Below are positions 62,243 to 64,000 of a DNA stretch of 64,000 nucleotides, in pieces. The position numbers and the translations under genes were made by a program. How positions within the stretch are numbered: the stretch's first letter is position 1; each line of letters starts with the position of its first letter. The notes beneath the pieces are model-generated. The model did not search any database. It worked only from the letters and a program-made list of their open reading frames with translations, and had not been told where the DNA came from. Origin of the DNA: a virus; the IMG/VR virus record IMGVR_UViG_3300045988_112440. One strand, given 5' to 3'.

Positions 62243-63169
62243 ATGCTTACTGAAGAAAAAATCAAATCTTTTGCCGAAAAGTATTCTGATAGAAGCGGTG
62301 AGTTTGTTATATCGACGCTTAACCATGTTATGGATTACGAGGCCGAGCGTGGATATGAGTTGTTTGACTTCACAAAAGATGATTTTGTAAGGATGTTTGC
62401 TAAATACAATTGGGTGAACTCAAGTCGGTCGTTCAGAAATGTAAAGTCGATAATTACAGGGTACATCAAAAGTGATGATCGAGCGAGTATGTATGACTTA
62501 GCTGAATTCTCGGAGAGCGATGTGAGTTCAGACAATATGTACGAGGACAAGTATTTTGCATCAGTTGATGAGTTTGTTGATTTCTTGGACAAGTATGAAG
62601 AACCATATCAGATTCGTATGAACGTGATTGCCGTACTGTACTGGATTGGACTTACTTCTGAAGAGGTTTCTAATCTGACAATCAACAATGTTGATTTTGA
62701 ATCATGTACTGTTCTGAATAGGACCGGTGTTGACGCAAGACTGATGAATATCATTAAGCAGTGTTATGAAATGAAACAATACGATGCTCCAAATATGGGA
62801 GGATACAGAACGTTTTATGTCATAAATGGTGATTACATCCTTCGCAAAACAGAGGATAGAACTGGTGCAGACAGTGATTCAAGAATGTCTACAAACACAA
62901 TTCATAGTTATTTCACGCGCTTGAATGATATTCTCGAAAGAAGATATCATTCAAAGGCTTTAGACCGAAGACATCTGACTAGAAACGGCGAGTATGTCAA
63001 GGTTTATAACTACTGTAAAACTCATCCAGAATTTAATCTTGCAGAACTTAGTTTCGGAAATGGTAAAGATCCTCTTGCGGACATTATCGGAAGAAAGTGC
63101 AGCAAGGTTGCCTACATTAGTTTCCGGCAAGGATACAAGGGCTGGATCGAATACTTCCACAAAAATTAA
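62243..63169 (+). CDS. degenerate tyrosine-recombinase-like protein (Arg I lost); candidate DNA-binding regulator
   Basis: 308 aa; recombinase-like layout, but box I reads WIGLTSEEVSNL (Thr in place of Arg); HLTRN retained; AAGGAG RBS. Confidence 0.5.
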   Translation: MLTEEKIKSFAEKYSDRSGEFVISTLNHVMDYEAERGYELFDFTKDDFVRMFAKYNWVNSSRSFRNVKSIITGYIKSDDRASMYDLAEFSESDVSSDNMYEDKYFASVDEFVDFLDKYEEPYQIRMNVIAVLYWIGLTSEEVSNLTINNVDFESCTVLNRTGVDARLMNIIKQCYEMKQYDAPNMGGYRTFYVINGDYILRKTEDRTGADSDSRMSTNTIHSYFTRLNDILERRYHSKALDRRHLTRNGEYVKVYNYCKTHPEFNLAELSFGNGKDPLADIIGRKCSKVAYISFRQGYKGWIEYFHKN

Positions 63170-63173
63170 AAAC

Positions 63174-63197
63174 AGGGGGCTTCGGCCCCTTGATTTT
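63174..63197 (+). terminator. rho-independent terminator
   Basis: AGGGGGC-TTCG-GCCCCTT hairpin followed by GATTTT. Confidence 0.7.
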
Positions 63198-63204
63198 AAC
63201 ATTG

Positions 63205-63224
63205 TAACTATATAACACAGGATA
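63205..63224 (-). promoter_or_regulatory. 20-nt conserved element copy 7 (reverse complement TATCCTGTGTTATATAGTTA)
   Basis: Ends about 10 nt before the RBS of the Pnkp-like gene. Confidence 0.6.
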
Positions 63225-63246
63225 CTTATTAGAAAGGGAAATGTAG

Positions 63247-64000
63247 ATGAGAACGCTTTTGCTGTTCCGTGGAGCACCAGGTTGTGGGAAGTCCACCTAT
63301 ATTAAAGAGCATAATCTTGAACAGTACGTATTGAGTGCTGATACACTTCGCCTTATGTGCCAGAGCGCACAGGAAACACCTGCCGGGCAGATGGAGATTT
63401 CTCCGCAGAATGATGATGTTGTATGGGAGATGCTTTTCAAACTGCTTGAGGTGCGTATGAGTCATGGCGAGTTTACCGTGATTGATGCAACGAATTCCAA
63501 GACGGTCGAAATGAATCGTTATAAGAATCTGGCAAAACAGTATCGTTATCGGATGTATGTTATTGACATGACTGACCTTCCGATTGAGGAATGCAAACGA
63601 AGAAACGCTCAGAGAGAATGGCTGAAGCGAGTTCCTGAAGCGGCCATTGATAAGATGTACGCTCGGTTTGCTACTCAAAAAGTTCCTTCTGGCGTGACAG
63701 TTCTTCCTTCTACTACAGATGTGATGTCCGATTTGAATTACTGTCCGAATGACTTCAACCAGTGGAAGAAGATCCATGTCATCGGTGATGTTCATGGCTG
63801 TTATACTTGTTTAAGTGAATACCTTGGCGAGATGAAGGACGACGAACTTTATATTTTCGTTGGTGATTATCTCAATCGTGGCATCGAAAACGTTGAGGTA
63901 TTCAAGTTCTTGTGTGATGTTGTAAATAACAACCGCAAGAATGTGATCCTTTTGGAAGGGAATCACGAGCGTTGGCTGAACAAGTGGGGGCATGATGAAC
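63247..64000 (+). CDS. pnkp: polynucleotide kinase-phosphatase (Pnkp-like), 5' part; runs off window end
   Basis: Not in the ORF track (no stop in window). MRTLLLFRGAPGCGKST P-loop kinase domain, then HVIGDVHG, VGDYLNRG and EGNHE calcineurin-type phosphatase motifs. Confidence 0.7.
   Translation, partial: MRTLLLFRGAPGCGKSTYIKEHNLEQYVLSADTLRLMCQSAQETPAGQMEISPQNDDVVWEMLFKLLEVRMSHGEFTVIDATNSKTVEMNRYKNLAKQYRYRMYVIDMTDLPIEECKRRNAQREWLKRVPEAAIDKMYARFATQKVPSGVTVLPSTTDVMSDLNYCPNDFNQWKKIHVIGDVHGCYTCLSEYLGEMKDDELYIFVGDYLNRGIENVEVFKFLCDVVNNNRKNVILLEGNHERWLNKWGHDE

Noticed and set aside
29463-63224. Reading all seven 20-nt elements as ordinary sigma-70 promoters
   Set aside because: Only copies 4 and 6 have a proper -35 box at 17 nt. 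The other five lack one in either orientation, so a single housekeeping-promoter explanation does not fit.
63229-63795. 188-aa - strand ORF
   Set aside because: Antisense to the Pnkp-like gene, whose P-loop and phosphatase motifs identify the + frame as the real one.
1-64000. CRISPR arrays, rRNA genes, transposase/IS elements, diversity-generating retroelement or reverse transcriptase
   Set aside because: I saw no regularly spaced repeat-spacer arrays, no rRNA-like sequence, and no DDE transposase or RT motifs in any ORF translation.

Overview
The window reads as about 64 kb of a large tailed-phage or prophage genome from a Gram-positive-type host, judged from GGAGG-type RBSs, TTGACA/TATAAT promoters and TGAGGTG stop/RBS junctions. 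Two divergent blocks flank a 2.4 kb ORF-poor control region (32513-34975). The leftward block (- strand, 32512 down to 1) carries middle genes: a 927-aa protein with a DxDGD double-psi-beta-barrel RNA polymerase signature (YonO/RdRP-like), ClpP, PhoH and a metallophosphoesterase. A tRNA cluster follows, then the morphogenesis genes: terminase, portal, protease/scaffold, capsid, tail tube and tape measure. The rightward block (+ strand, 34976 to the window end) holds about 95 short, tightly coupled early genes. Recognisable among them are a Bro-N/antirepressor-like protein, a tyrosine recombinase, a DnaD-like replication protein, a Lar-like restriction-alleviation protein, a DUF262/ParB-like protein, a Pol-beta-type nucleotidyltransferase, a SleB-like wall hydrolase, a MazF/PemK-like toxin, a degenerate recombinase-like protein and a truncated Pnkp-like kinase-phosphatase. 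The main finding is stop-codon recoding. The terminase large subunit and one other late structural gene each contain a single in-frame TAG. A canonical tRNA with anticodon CUA lies just upstream of the terminase operon. TAG is almost never used as a terminator in this window. Other signals are a 20-nt element present 7 times at regulatory positions, a 44-nt intergenic hairpin present twice with compensatory stem changes, phased iterons with perfect hairpins (a candidate origin), an extremely C-depleted tract, and several tandem or dispersed paralogue families. All functional calls come from reading motifs by eye and from gene order. No database search, tRNA scanner or RNA-folding program was run.
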